DNA from: Heteronotia binoei
Lineage: Eukaryota
Assembly: GCF_032191835.1 (NCBI RefSeq)
Contig: NC_083237.1
Location: 10,478,001-10,542,000 of the forward strand
DNA: 64,000 bases
Direction: 5' to 3'
Part shown: positions 22,405 to 35,232 of the stretch, in pieces
How the letters are laid out: every line of letters begins with the position of its first letter
How positions within the stretch are numbered: position 1 is the first letter of the stretch
Translations under genes and position numbers: made by a program
Notes under the pieces: model-generated
What the model was told of the DNA's origin: nothing
Databases searched by the model: none
The model's input: only the letters and a program-made list of their open reading frames with translations

Positions 22405-23526
22405 GTGGGGGGCTCACAACACCCAGCTGCTTTGTGTTTTTACCCTTTGGCCAAGGCTCATAGCATTAGCAGCAAGAGTAAGCTGAGGAAGGAGTTTGCC
22501 CCCCTCCAGGCAGTGCAGAAGTGCCTGCCCATCACTACACCACTGGCTCTATGGTCTGTCCATGTGGGTTTTCTTCTGCATCCCCCCAGCCCATGGAGCC
22601 CTGCTGTGAAGACACACCAACTTGGAGCTTACTAGCTGCAGTCCTTTATTAAGGTTTTATTTCCAGGACCCGCCATTAGGTTTTATGACACACATGGCCC
22701 AGCCTGACAAAGTCATATTTATGTCAGATCAAGCCCTCAAAACAAATGAGTTTGGCATCCCTGATAGACCATTCTCAATAAAGTAGAAACTGCTCTCTCT
22801 CACGCCCCCCCCCCCCGAACAATGACATGAGGCATCATGTTTATGAGTTAAACTCAGATTTATTTATAGATTTTATTTTAGAAGAAGAAGATGATGATTT
22901 TGGATTTATATCCTGCCCTCCACTCTGAAGGGTCTCAGAGCGACTCAAAATCTCCTTTACCTTCCTCCCCCACAACAGACACCCTGTGAGGTAGATGAAG
23001 ATATTGGGTTTATATCCCGACCTCCACTCCAAAGAGTCTCAGAGCGGCTCACAATTTCCTTTACTTTCCTCTCCCAAAACAGACACCCTTTGAGGTAGAT
23101 GAAGATATTGGATTTATATCCCGCCCTCCACTATGAAGAATCTCAGAGCTGCTCACAATCTCCTTTACCTTCCTCCCCCACAACAGACACCCTGTGAGGT
23201 GGGTGGGGCTGGAGAAGGCTCTCACAGCAGCTGCCCTTTCATGGACAACTTCTGCCAGGGCTATGGCTGACCCAAGGCCATGCTAGCAGGTGCAAGTGGA
23301 GGAGTGGGGAATCAAACCCGGTTCTCCCAGATAAGAATCCACACACTTAACCCCTACAGCAAACTGGCTCCAAAGGTGTTTTGATTACTCATTCTAGTTT
23401 CTGTATGAATGCTATTAAGAAATCTTTAATTTCAAAACAATTAAAAAAAAACTAGTTTTAGGCATTTCCACATAGAAAAGCAATCCATGCTACTATCCTC
23501 ATGTTCATAGGCAATGTTTATTCTGT

Positions 23527-23943
23527 AACTTTTTAATGAGGCTTGGAGATGGCATTTTACTTGGCATGGAAATATATTACCTTTGTTGAAGTCATTCCCA
23601 TGAGATACATTGCATTACTCACTGTACTTTTTTTTTTTAAAGAGAGGCTTGCATAAAAAACTGAAATTAGAAAAACAAACTTAACGTTAACTAAGTGGGG
23701 CGAACAGCTTCTTGAAGGACAAATTTCTCATGAGGCCTTCAAACAAACTGGATGCTTAGCAGAGTAAAGGGATTAAGTGCCTCTGTTTCTACAAATGCTT
23801 GGATTTATAAAAGGAAGATTCTATTTCCCTGTCCCTTTGCGCCAAGGATGTAGAATTATTTTTGTAACAATTACATCTAATTGAATTGAATCAGTATCTG
23901 GTTTTTTTTCCACCAGGCATAGAGAAAACAGAGGAAGTGCAAG
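23527..23943 (+). promoter_or_regulatory. Duplicate candidate OR promoter for the OR at 26063
   Basis: Same motifs conserved: HD 23527-23539, O/E-like 23596-23605 and 23726-23735, TATA 23806-23813, donor at 23944. Confidence 0.6.
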
Positions 23944-24552
23944 GTAAAGACTTATCATATTGTGTAAGGTTTAGTACATCCTACATAAAGGTAATTCTAC
24001 CAAATAAGGGGGGGGGGGGGTAAAGGTAGTCCCCTGTGCAAGCACCAGTCGTTTCCGACTCTGGGGTGACATTGCTTTCACGTTTTCACGGCAGACTTTT
24101 TACAGGGTGGTTTGCCATTGCCTTCCCCAGTCATCTACGCTTTCCCCCCAGCAAGCTGGGGACTCATTTTACCGACCTCAGAAGGATGGAAGGCTGAGTC
24201 AACCTGAATTCTACAAAATCTCAGTTTAACCCCCCCCCCCCCCCCGAAAAAAAACCCAGTCTTTTCTAACAATCCTTGTCAGTGAATCATTCCATAATTT
24301 TTTTTTTTCTATTTTTGGACCAAGTGAGTGACTAATTTTGTTTGAGACCACTGGCACCTTTAAGACCAACAAACTTTTATTCAAGGTATTGGCTTTTGCG
24401 TGCATGCACACTTCTTCAGATACAATGAAATGGAAATTGCCAGTTCAAATGCATAGGCAGAGGGATCCTTGTGGGCAGCAATGGTGGCCTGAAGCAGTAG
24501 AACAAAATAGGAGAACAGCAGCACCTTTAAGACCAGCAAGCTTTATTCAGAA

Positions 24553-24588
24553 TGTAAGCTTTCATGTCCACGCACACTTCTTCAGACA
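24553..24588 (-). ncRNA. Minimal type I hammerhead ribozyme motif (best-preserved copy)
   Basis: Minus strand UGU-CUGAAGA-A-GUGU(GCGUGG)ACAU-GAAA-GC-UU/ACA: stem I UGU/ACA, stem II, core boxes, palindromic AGCU in place of helix III. Confidence 0.55.
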
Positions 24589-24973
24589 AGGAATAAGGTA
24601 CAGTAAGCAGAGCTACCTATAGCTTGTGGGGTTTAGAATGCAAAATGGTACAAAGTTAAAATCCAATAGCAGAATAGTAAATCAACAAATTCAGAAAACC
24701 TTTCATCTGGGTTGCATTAGCATGGGAAACCAATAAAACATTAACATATCAGGATGTGAGAATGTCTGTTAATTATTCTATTGCTTATAAGCCTGGGTCA
24801 AAAGAAGGGCACAGGTAGAGGGTGAGCAGTAAATTAGCATACAGCATAATGAAGATATTTAACAGATTCAAGGACTAAACCGCCACAAGTTTAGTTTATA
24901 TAGTTACCACTTGTTTGAATTTAATTCCAGGGGTACAACATAGTGAAGAAAATAAACATGTCAAAACAGGAGA

Positions 24974-25517
24974 TTAGAATGATGGAATCCTAGAGTTGGA
25001 AGGGACCTCCAGGGTCATCTAGTCCAACCCCCTGCACAATTCAGGAAACTCACAAATACCTCCCCTTAAATCCATAGCCTCTTCATTGCTGTCAGATGGC
25101 CATCTAGCCTCTGTTTAAAAACCTCCAAGGAAGGAGAGCCCACCACCTCCTGAGGAGGCCTGTTCCACTGAGGAACCGCTCTAACAGTCAGAAAGTTGAG
25201 CTGGAAACTCTTTTGATATAATTTCAACTCATTGGTTCTGGTCCTACCTTCTGGGGCCACAGAAAACTATTCCACACCATCCTCTAGATGACAACCCTTC
25301 GAGTACTTGAAGATATTGATCGTATCATCTCTCAGCCGCCTCCTCTCCAGGCTAAACATCCCCAGCTCCTTCAACCTTTCTTCATAGGACTTGGTCTCCA
25401 AACCCCTCACCATCTTCGTTGCCCTCCTTTGCACCCGTTCCAGCTTGTCTATATCCTTCTTAAAATGTGGTGCCCAAAACTGAACACAATACTCCAGGTG
25501 AGGTCTTACCAGAGCAG
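24974..25517 (-). mobile_element. CR1 3' fragment (duplicate of 12776-13306)
   Basis: Same peptide and flanks as 12776-13306. Confidence 0.88.
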
Positions 25518-26062
25518 ATTGATGGGCAGATGTGGATTGCCCATCCATCAGTTGTGGAATGCTGAGAGTAATCAAATGAGATCCTTCTGTTTGTTATTCT
25601 TGTTTGGCTCTAGAATCTGTGAAACACCTTCATTATGCTGCAAGCTAATTCACTAGTCACTCTCTACTTTATAAGTATGGACCGGTAATTTCCATTTAAT
25701 TGTGTCTTAGAAAAGAGTGTGCATACGAAAGCTTATATTTTGTATAACATTTTGTTGGTCTTAAAGGTGCCACTGGTCTCATTCTAGACTTCATTCTGCT
25801 GCTTCAGATTAAATGTGACTACCCACCTGAAAGTAATTTTGTTGATAGCACAAAGGAATTTTAAAGCTGATCGATAACAGAATCTTTCCTAAAGGATTTT
25901 TCCCCCTTCCTTGATCATTGTTTATGTGACAATTTTATTACAGGATATGTGTCTGCCCTGGGTCAGCAAACGAGTTTCAGGCACAAGACTGCATTTGCAT
26001 CTATATTTCCTGCCTTTCAGCCTTTTGAGAGGGTTAGTTGGTATTTTGCAGCCACCAAGGTG

Positions 26063-27031
26063 ATGATGAATTCATCAACCATAACTGAATTTATCCTAGT
26101 GGGGATTCCATTTCTCTACGATCTACACAGGGTTTTCTTTTTCATAGGCTTATTTATGTACATTGTAGCCATCCTAGGGAATGGATTTATCCTTGTCATT
26201 GTGGCCATTGAGCCAAGACTTCAGACACCCATGTACTTCTTCCTGAGCAACCTGGCTTTTTTGGAGATCTGCTACACCACGACCGTAGTACCCAAGCTGC
26301 TACAAACACTGATAGAAACACGGACCACGATTTGTTTCCATTGCTGCATGGCCCAGAACTTCTTCCACTTCACATTTGGAGGTACAGAGCTTTTAATCCT
26401 TACAGTGATGTCCTTCGACCGTTATTTGGCTATATGCAAACCACTCCAATATCCAATGATCATGACCAAGAATGTTTGCATGCAGTTGTCCTTGGCCACT
26501 TGGTACTCCTCATTCATAGCCATGTTTTTTCAGTGTTTCCTTGTCTGGAGGATGTCTTTCTGTGCTTCCAACATTGTTGATCATTTCTTCTGTGATGCTG
26601 CACCCCTGTTCAGTCTAGCATGTAACGACACTCGCCTCAGTGAGCTTCTGGGATTGCTCAGTGCTGTTGTAATGGTTATTTTGACCTTGATCTTTACCAT
26701 AGTCTCCTATATCTACATCATCTCCACCATAATGCGCATTCCTTCAGCTGTTGGGCGCAAGAAGGCTTTCTCCACCTGTACTTCTCACATGATTGTAGTG
26801 TCTATATTGTATGGAGCACTGATGGTCATGTACGTGAGGCCCACTCTGCATTCCTCATCTCGCTTAACCAGGGTACTAGCGGTGCTGAACACTTCCCTCA
26901 TTCCAATGTTGAACCCTTTCATTTACACAATAAGGAATGCAGAAGTGAAGATTGCTGTCAGGGGTGCAATCAATAAGAAGAGACAGTTGCTGAATGAAGA
27001 GTTTTTTAAGTGTATCCAAAAAGGTCGGTAA
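26063..27031 (+). CDS. Olfactory receptor, family-6-like (subfamily B, copy 2)
   Basis: Near-identical paralog of 13846-14808 with the full motif set; acceptor ends 26051. Confidence 0.95.
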   Translation: MMNSSTITEFILVGIPFLYDLHRVFFFIGLFMYIVAILGNGFILVIVAIEPRLQTPMYFFLSNLAFLEICYTTTVVPKLLQTLIETRTTICFHCCMAQNFFHFTFGGTELLILTVMSFDRYLAICKPLQYPMIMTKNVCMQLSLATWYSSFIAMFFQCFLVWRMSFCASNIVDHFFCDAAPLFSLACNDTRLSELLGLLSAVVMVILTLIFTIVSYIYIISTIMRIPSAVGRKKAFSTCTSHMIVVSILYGALMVMYVRPTLHSSSRLTRVLAVLNTSLIPMLNPFIYTIRNAEVKIAVRGAINKKRQLLNEEFFKCIQKGR

Positions 27032-30000
27032 ATAATATTTGTGACGTGAGAAAGCTAAGAGCAGAACACATAAAGATACAAGCACTGTTACAGATGTAGT
27101 TGGTGGAACTGGAATTGGCGTCATGGAACTTACAATATTCTGCTGGGGTGACCAAGAGTCTCCTGAATGAATGGAGCCTGGTTTCATCTTTGCTATGAAA
27201 TCACTTCATTTTTTTTATAGACAAGTCATCTGAAATCTAGTAGAAGGGCTTCACAAGCAAAGAACCTCATTTATTGTCTTGAATTACTTTTAATTTGAAA
27301 TTAGTTGTATTTAGAATAATTTTTTATCACTGAGTTCAGTGCTGGTGGCTGAGTGTGGCACTGCTGTTGACACAAACTCACAAAATCAGTCAGCTACGTG
27401 AGCATGTGTCAACAACAGCTCCGCATTTAGCCATCAATTTGGGCAGATAATGCATAATTTCAAATCATCTAAGATGGTAGTGCTCTCTCTCTTGCTCTCT
27501 CTCTCTCTCCCGCTCTCATCACATTCTTCAGGTCAGTGCATCCCAAGAAAACACTGGATAGACTTATAGTTCTCATGTAACACTGAGAGAAGTCACAGAG
27601 CTGTTGTGCTCCAGTTCACAGCACAGTCTTGATGCAAACTTTTTTAGACTTTGGGCATCAGGATGGGAAAATGAAAAGGAAGGAATATTAGAAAGACCAG
27701 TTATACACCAACCACCAACCCCACCCTGTCATATCAAAACAATGAAGGAATGTGACCTTTCACTGAGGGTTTGAAATTATCCCTGACCAAATCATTAACA
27801 CTGTCTTGGGGGGAATGCAGTGTACACCTCAGTGTCCTCGGAGGGTTTGTGGGTTGTAACGGTTATGATTGTCGCCACAGACTTGGGCTATATATAGGAG
27901 TCTGAGAAATTATCCAACACCACCATGTACAAAGTTCAGCATATTTTAAAATATGTGACATATTAGCTACTGGAGATTCTAGAACATTATATAATTGTAC
28001 TACAAGTAGGGGAAATTCAGGTTTCATGATCTAGATTCCAAATATTGTAGCTTCACTAACTGCATTAATGAAAGTTTCAGAGGGCAGCTGTGTTGGTCTG
28101 AAGTAGAACAGCTAGATCTGATGGAGAGTGTTTTGATGGAGAGTTTTCAGCTAAACATTTGGAAGAACTTCCTGACAGAGTGGTTCCTCAATAGAACAGG
28201 CTTCCTCGGGAGGTGGTGGGCTCTCCTTTGAAAGTCTTTAAACAGAGGCTAGAAAGTCTTTAGCATCTGACTGCAAAGACAATTCTGCAAACTTAGATCA
28301 TGAGAAGGAGGGCAGGAAGGGTTGCATCAGTGCTTAGTTCTCTTGATCTTTTCTCACTTGCCCCGGGAAGTGCTATTCACTGCTTTGGATTCAGATAGCA
28401 ATTAGTCTCTAGGACAATTTGTCCAGAGACCCTGGAGGCTTTTTGCTATCTTCTGGGAATGGAACAGAGGGCACTGTGTGGGGGTGGGGGGTGGGGAGTA
28501 TTTCTGAATTCTTTGCATTGTGAAGGGATTGGACTAGATGACCCTGGAGGCCTCTTCCAACTCTATGATTCTGTTACTCCCAAAAGGTCATACCTTGAAA
28601 ATCTTGTTTGTTTCTAAGGTGCTACTGGACCCAAAACTAGCTGCAATGTGATTAACAAAAGACAGGGAGTCATTATCCTTTTTAGATAAAGGATATTTTC
28701 CTTTGGCATGGATATCTGATTAAAACGATGTATTCCTTCCTATTTTGCACAGTCAGGATACATAACCAGTGAGCAGTTAGTGACAGAAATTCTCAAAATA
28801 AATAGTCAAGAGTTATTTGATGAGGGGACTGCCTTCTCTAAATGACACTGGAANNNNNNNNNNNNNNNNNNNNNNNNNNNNNNNNNNNNNNNNNNNNNNN
28901 NNNNNNNNNNNNNNNNNNNNNNNNNNNNNNNNNNNNNNNNNNNNNNNNNNNNNNNNNNNNNNNNNNNNNNNNNNNNNNNNNNNNNNNNNNNNNNNNNNNN
29001 NNNNNNNNNNNNNNNNNNNNNNNNNNNNNNNNNNNNNNNNNNNNNNNNNNNNNNNNNNNNNNNNTGTGGCCACTGAGTGACACGGAGTGTTGGACTGAAT
29101 GGGCCATTGGACTGATCCAACGTGGCTTCTCTTATGTTCTGATGTTCTTATAGACAAATGTCAAAAATTCAACATGTTAATTTTAGTTCATTGTCTTCTG
29201 AACACTCACTGTTAAGTGCGTCTTGTACTTGGATGAATAAATGTGCGTGGAACTCTTTCCACCTAGTACTTCCTGACAGAAGTAATATTCAGAAACTGAA
29301 AAGAGCATATATACAGTGATTTTTACATACATTCCTGAGAAGAATACATTATTTCCAAATGAAGGGAAGGCATTAAAAAGGTGTGTGGTCCCTTTAAATG
29401 TGATGGCCAGAACTCTCCTTGGAATTCAATCATGCTTGTCACAACCTTACTTCTGTCTCCACCCCCAAAGACTCCTGGCTCCACCCCCAAAGTCTTCAGA
29501 TAGTTCTTGAGTCAGACATGGCAACCCTACTTGGAGCGGGTGTCATGTTCTCAGGGTGCAGGCAGGCAGGAGTCCAAAGACAGTCCAAGGTCAAAGTCCA
29601 GGAAGTCAAGCAGGAGCCAGTGGCAGTGACTCTGCTAGAACTCAGGGCTGAGATATCTGAAGCATAGGCTTGCCTCATGTCTTCGCTCTGAAAGTTCTTT
29701 TCGGAGCTTGCTTCGAACTCTTGAGATGGGAGGAGGAGAGCTTGGAGGAGATTGATCGTCAACAGCTGACACTGGTACCTGTAGAGTGATTGATGGGCCA
29801 ACTGCTGTTTGTTCAGCTGAGGAACTGGCTGGCTGCTCTTCCAAGTCTGTTAACCGTTCCAGCTCCTCCTCGTCAGTGTTCATGACAGTGGGGGGCTCAC
29901 AACACCCAGCTGCTTTGTGTTTTTATCCCGCCCTCCACTCCGAAGTGTCTCAGAGCGGCTCGCAATCCCCTTTACCTTCCTCCCCCACAACAGACACCCT

Positions 30001-33000
30001 GTGAGGTAGATGAAGATATTGGATTTATATCCCGCCCTCCACTCCGAAGAGTCTCAGAGCGGCTCACAATCTCCTTTACCTTCCTCCCCCACAACAGACA
30101 CCCTATGAGGTGGGTGGGTCTGAGAGGGCTCTCACAGCAGCTGCCCTTTCAAGGACAACCTCTGCCAGAGCTATGGCTGACCCAAAGGCCATTCCAGCAG
30201 CTGCCAGTGGAGGAGTTGGGAATCAAACCCGGTTCTCCCAGATAAGAGTCCGCATAGTTCACCACTACACCAAACTGGCTTTTTACAAGAAATTACAGAT
30301 TCTCGTGTAAAGAATCAAAAAAGCTGACAGGGAGAATGTCGATTGATTTGAAATGCAGTGTTGGAGGAGTGTTGGCACATGCTGTAGACTGCCAAAGAGA
30401 CAAATTAAACTGATTCCAGTTCAAGTTAAGCCTGAACTCTCCCTAGAAGCTAAAATGACTATTTTTAAAAATTTTATTTTATCAGATTTATATCTCTCCC
30501 TCCCCTAATGGGCTCAGGGTGGCCCACAACAGTTAAAAACAAAGATAAATTTTTAAAACAAGATATACGTTATCGGATGGCATTGGGAGAAAGAACAATA
30601 ATGCTTGGAAAAGTTGAAGGTTGCAGGAAAAAAAGAAGTTCCAGGAGAGGGACGGTGGCTCATTGGTAGAGCATCTGCTTGGTAAGCAGAAGGTCCCAGG
30701 TTCAATCCCTGGCATCTCCAACTAAAAAGGGTCCAGGCAAGTATGGGTGAAAAACCTCAACTTGAGACACTGGAGAGCCACTGTCAGTCAGGTGAGGGAC
30801 GGTGGCTCAGTGGAAGAGCATCTGCTTGGTAAGCAGAAGATCCCAGGTTCAGTCTCTGGCATCTCCAACTAAAAGGGTCCAGGCAAGTAGGGGTGGAAAA
30901 CCTCAGCTTGAGACCCTGGAGAGCCCTTGCCAGTCTGAGTAGACAAGACTTTCTACAGATGAAAGATGCCACCAAAAGGACATTGTTTTATCCTATGGCT
31001 TTAGGTATCCCAGTCCTCTGCTGGGGTGAGGTTTCCCCTGATATCAGTGGCTCCATCTGCTACTGGCCAGCTGGCTGGTCAGGAAGCCCTACCCCCAAAT
31101 GTCCTCCTCCCATCTTGACATCATCATGCCAGGCACATCATGTGCGGATACTGTAGCACATTGGCCGACACTCTATGGTTACCATAGAGTTTTTGGGCAA
31201 AATGCTAGCACATCCAAGAGTGACATGCCTGGCATGATGATGTCACTTCTTGGTGACATCATTGCACCGCACACACAAAGCACACACATACCGAGAGGAA
31301 CATCCCAGAATAGGTCTGGGAGCCCCCTGCTGAAAGTCAGGTAAGATCTGGCGATCCGATACGGCTTTCAAGTTTTAGCTTTGAAGCATGCTTAGTGGTT
31401 TTGTGATTGTTCAGCTTTTTGTTGATCTCTAGGATGAAAAGTTTAAAATACATTAGGCAGACCTTTTGAAACAAAATGATCCTCCCTACTACAACTAATC
31501 TCAGGTGTGCTTGATATATCAGGCTCATAGGTTCATCATCAATCTGAATTAGCATGGGAGAAATTGACTTTTGGGAAGAAATTCCCATGAGAAACTGCTA
31601 GCAAGTGAAGAGACTGGAGACTTACTGAGTCAAACCTACTTTTAATAGCTTTGGTAATGTTAAAAGCTTTCACAGAGCAACTGAATGCTCAGCTGACATG
31701 ATCCACTCAAATGACTTCAGTTCTAAAAAAGGACTTTGCTTTCTTCTCCGTTTGGTATACAAACAACAGACAGGGACAAATGAAGGCTTTTCTTAGCATT
31801 CAGTATAGATAGTCTCTATCCAATGCTTCTTCAGATTGTGCTGAAAACAAGATGATGAGCACAGCGTCATGCAAAAATCTGTGCAATCCCAACATTGTGG
31901 TGGAATTAATTCAGCATAGTCTCATTGTGGAGATTTCTATCCATAGTGACATAGCAAAGACTGCTTTTTAAAGTATCCCCACCAGCACCTTTTCCTAACC
32001 CACTCTTCAGAATCATAGAGGATATTTTTCTGCTATTGGAATGAATAGGTAATTATTTTCCTTTGATGATTGAAATATAATGATGAATTAAGCATGTGGG
32101 AGGGGAAAGCTATGCATTCCTTTTCTGCATCATCTACACCGAATTTTCTTTGTTATTGGTTTATTTGTCTACATGGTAACCATTTATAGGTAGTCAAGCT
32201 CTTTCATTCCAAATGGAGTATTTGCTAATCTTTTCATCTTGGTGGTAGTTGAAAGTGCCATCAAGTAACAGCTAAGTTAGAAATACTCCTAATAGGGTTT
32301 TCAAGGTTCAGTCCCTGGCACCTCTAGTTAAAAAGGTGATGTGATAGACCTCCATTTGAGACTCTGGAGCTACATGGACAGTCTGAATAGGCAATACTGA
32401 CCTCAATGGACCAAGGGTCTGCTCTGGTGTAAGGCACCTTCATATACATGTGTATTCATATATGTCCTTTGGCACTGAAATGGTATTGTATCTGCATGTA
32501 TTTGTGAAAATCTATGAATGTGAGCAAGGTAAACTCTGTAAATGGCCATTGGTTGAGCTAAAAAAACCCAGACCTTTGAAGATAAGTGATAAGATAAGAT
32601 TTTGGATTTATATCCTGCCCTATACTCTGAATCTCAGAGCGGTCACAATGTCCTCTACCTCCCCCACCACCACAACAAACACCCTGTGAGTTAGGTGGGG
32701 CTGAGAGTGCATTTTACAGCAGCTGCACTTTCAAGGATAGCTTCTATGAAAGCTATGGCTGACCCAAGGCCATCTCAGCAGGTGCAAGTGGAGGAGTGGG
32801 AAATCAAACCTGGTTCTCCCAGATAAGAGTCCGTGCACTTAACCACTACACCAAACTGGCTCTCAAGATAAAGATCAAAGTTTTTATATGTTTTTATATC
32901 CAGTCTTCAGTCTATTTGGCTAGCAGGAGACCAGTTAATGTGTTGGTGTGATATATTTGAGAGAATGGGTAAATGATAAAAGATTTTGTGCTCTTCACCT

Positions 33001-33143
33001 CAGATGATCACTGCTTTGAATTGCTCCTTGTCCTACAGTGACCTAGGTCAGTTCAGTCCCTTGAACCCATTGCCTTTCTTTTTCCCATGAATTTTGGGAT
33101 ATCTTTTAATCTCAGCCAAACTAAACTATACATCTTTGTAGGC

Positions 33144-34097
33144 ATGGAAGTGACAATGAATACAACAAGAGTGACTGAGTTTATTCTAGTGGGCATTCCT
33201 TTTCTGCATCATCTACACCGGATTTTCTTTGTTATTGGTTTATTTGTCTACATGGTAGTCATCATGGGGAATGGATTTATCCTCGTCATCGTGACCTTTG
33301 AGCCCAGACTTCAGACTCCCATGTACATCTTCTTAAGCAACCTGGCTCTTCTGGAGATCTGCTACACCACAACTGTAGTACCCAAACTGCTTCAGACATT
33401 TGTACAACCACGGACCAAAATCTGCTTCCGCTGCTGCCTGGCCCAGAACTTTTTCTATTTCACGTTCGGTGGTTCAGAACTTTTAGTCCTTACAGCAATG
33501 TCTTTTGATCGTTATTTGGCCATCTGCAAGCCCCTTCAGTATCCAGTAATCATGACTAAGAATGTCTGCATTCACTTGTCCTTGGCCGCTTGGTACGTGT
33601 CATTCGTCACTTTGTTTTTTCAGTGTTTTGTTTTTTGGCAGATGCCTTTTTGTGGGTCCAATGTTGTTGACAATTTCTTTTGCGATTCTGCTGCTATGTT
33701 TGGCCTTGTATGTACTGATACTCGCATCAGTGAGTTTGTCGGATTTCTTTTTGCTGTCTTAATGATAGTTGTGACCCTGATCTTCACCGTAGCATCATAT
33801 GCTTGTATCATCTCAACCGTAATGCACATTCCTTCAGCTCTTGGGCGCAAGAAGGCCTTTTCTACCTGTACATCTCACCTAATTGCGGTGTGCCTATTGT
33901 ATGGGGCCCTGATAGCTATGTACGTGAGACCCAATGTGCATTCGTCTTCTCGCATAACCAGGGTACTGGCAGTCTTGAATACAGCCTTTATCCCAATGCT
34001 GAATCCTTTCATATATACAATAAGGAATTCAGAGGTCAGAAATGTCATTAGGAATATAATACACAAGAAGAGACAGTTGCTGAACAATGATTTTTAA
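33144..34097 (+). CDS. Olfactory receptor, family-6-like (subfamily A, copy 3); starts at MEVT (33144) or MNTT (33156)
   Basis: Full OR motif set; acceptor TTTGTAG ends 33141. Confidence 0.95.
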   Translation: MEVTMNTTRVTEFILVGIPFLHHLHRIFFVIGLFVYMVVIMGNGFILVIVTFEPRLQTPMYIFLSNLALLEICYTTTVVPKLLQTFVQPRTKICFRCCLAQNFFYFTFGGSELLVLTAMSFDRYLAICKPLQYPVIMTKNVCIHLSLAAWYVSFVTLFFQCFVFWQMPFCGSNVVDNFFCDSAAMFGLVCTDTRISEFVGFLFAVLMIVVTLIFTVASYACIISTVMHIPSALGRKKAFSTCTSHLIAVCLLYGALIAMYVRPNVHSSSRITRVLAVLNTAFIPMLNPFIYTIRNSEVRNVIRNIIHKKRQLLNNDF

Positions 34098-35232
34098 TTT
34101 TTTTTAAGTCGATATGTAAAATTAATCAAGACACTTACGCATAGGCATCCATTCAGATAGATGCAAGGAACAGAATGAAGCAATTTTTTGCTACCGTGTG
34201 CACCCAAGTTCCATGTGGTCTGGGCAGCTACTCTCCCCATAGCACCAATTAAGAATGTAAGGCTGTGGCCAGTTTTGAGACCATAATGAAGTGAGATTCA
34301 TTTTCATACACCATGAATAGCAGATCCAACTTTGAAAAAGCTGAATTGAAACTGGATTCAAGTACCCCTCCCCGACAGACGGAAACTGCTTCAGGTACTG
34401 ATGAGTTGAGACTGATTATGATATTGTGTTCCAAGTTTATCTGATTCTTGTCTCTGTAAGTTCATTTCAAATCTACAAACTAAAAAAAAGGTGCTGCTAT
34501 GCAATCCCATTAAAGGGACATTGAAATCTGGGAAGCTCCGAAAAACCCAGGATCTCGAAAAACACCTTAAGAAGCAATTTTGCACGTAGTTATAGAGACA
34601 GAGGTGAAGCACTTCACACTTTCAGAATATGCCAATACTTGGAGGACTTGGTGCATGCTTCTTAAAGAGACATTTGTTACTTGTACTTTTTGGTGTATAA
34701 TACTTGTATATTTTGTGCTCTTTTTCTTCTTATTTAAGTATATATAATGTGATATTCTTAGGCAACTTACAAAGAATAGAATAATGAAAAGTGTGTATTA
34801 GATATACATAATAAAGTTTCTGATTTTAATATTATGACTAAGTTCTTTCGTGAACTCTTCCCATAGCTTCAGCAAGGCCTCTGTTGGGGAAATGGCCTTC
34901 CTTGGCCCAGGAACAACATGAGATTAGACCAACAGGTCTCCAAAATTGCCTGACACTTGATATTATCCTAGCCTCCAAGGGGGGGGGGGGGATATGTGTC
35001 TTAATTGGCAAAAAAAAATTGTTTGCATTAATCATTCATATTCTGAGACATTTTATGGAGTCCAGTACATCATGCAAATCACCCACTCACAGACGAAATA
35101 TCCAAATAATGGATTTCTAGCAATTTAGAATGCGATCGTTTAAAAAAAAAATGTCAAAGAGAAGCAATGAATGGAGAGGCCTCTTACAGAGCCAAAGCAG
35201 AAGACCAAACTGTACAAAAGTGAATTGACCTC

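Larger units (their letters stand above)
10843..29925 (+). repeat. Tandem segmental duplication: unit A about 10843-22860, unit B about 22880-29925
   Basis: Colinear identity of flanks, SINEs, PLE, CR1, OR and LTR; unit B lacks the equivalent of about 17118-21885. Confidence 0.92.

Noticed and set aside
22881-23200. CRISPR-like or spacer array
   Set aside because: Eukaryotic DNA; the units are whole SINE-tail repeats without unique spacers.
30650-30725. tRNA-like sequences (also 1305-1376, 7985, 62722)
   Set aside because: A/B boxes continue into shared SINE bodies and the cloverleafs are imperfect; these are SINE heads, not tRNA genes.
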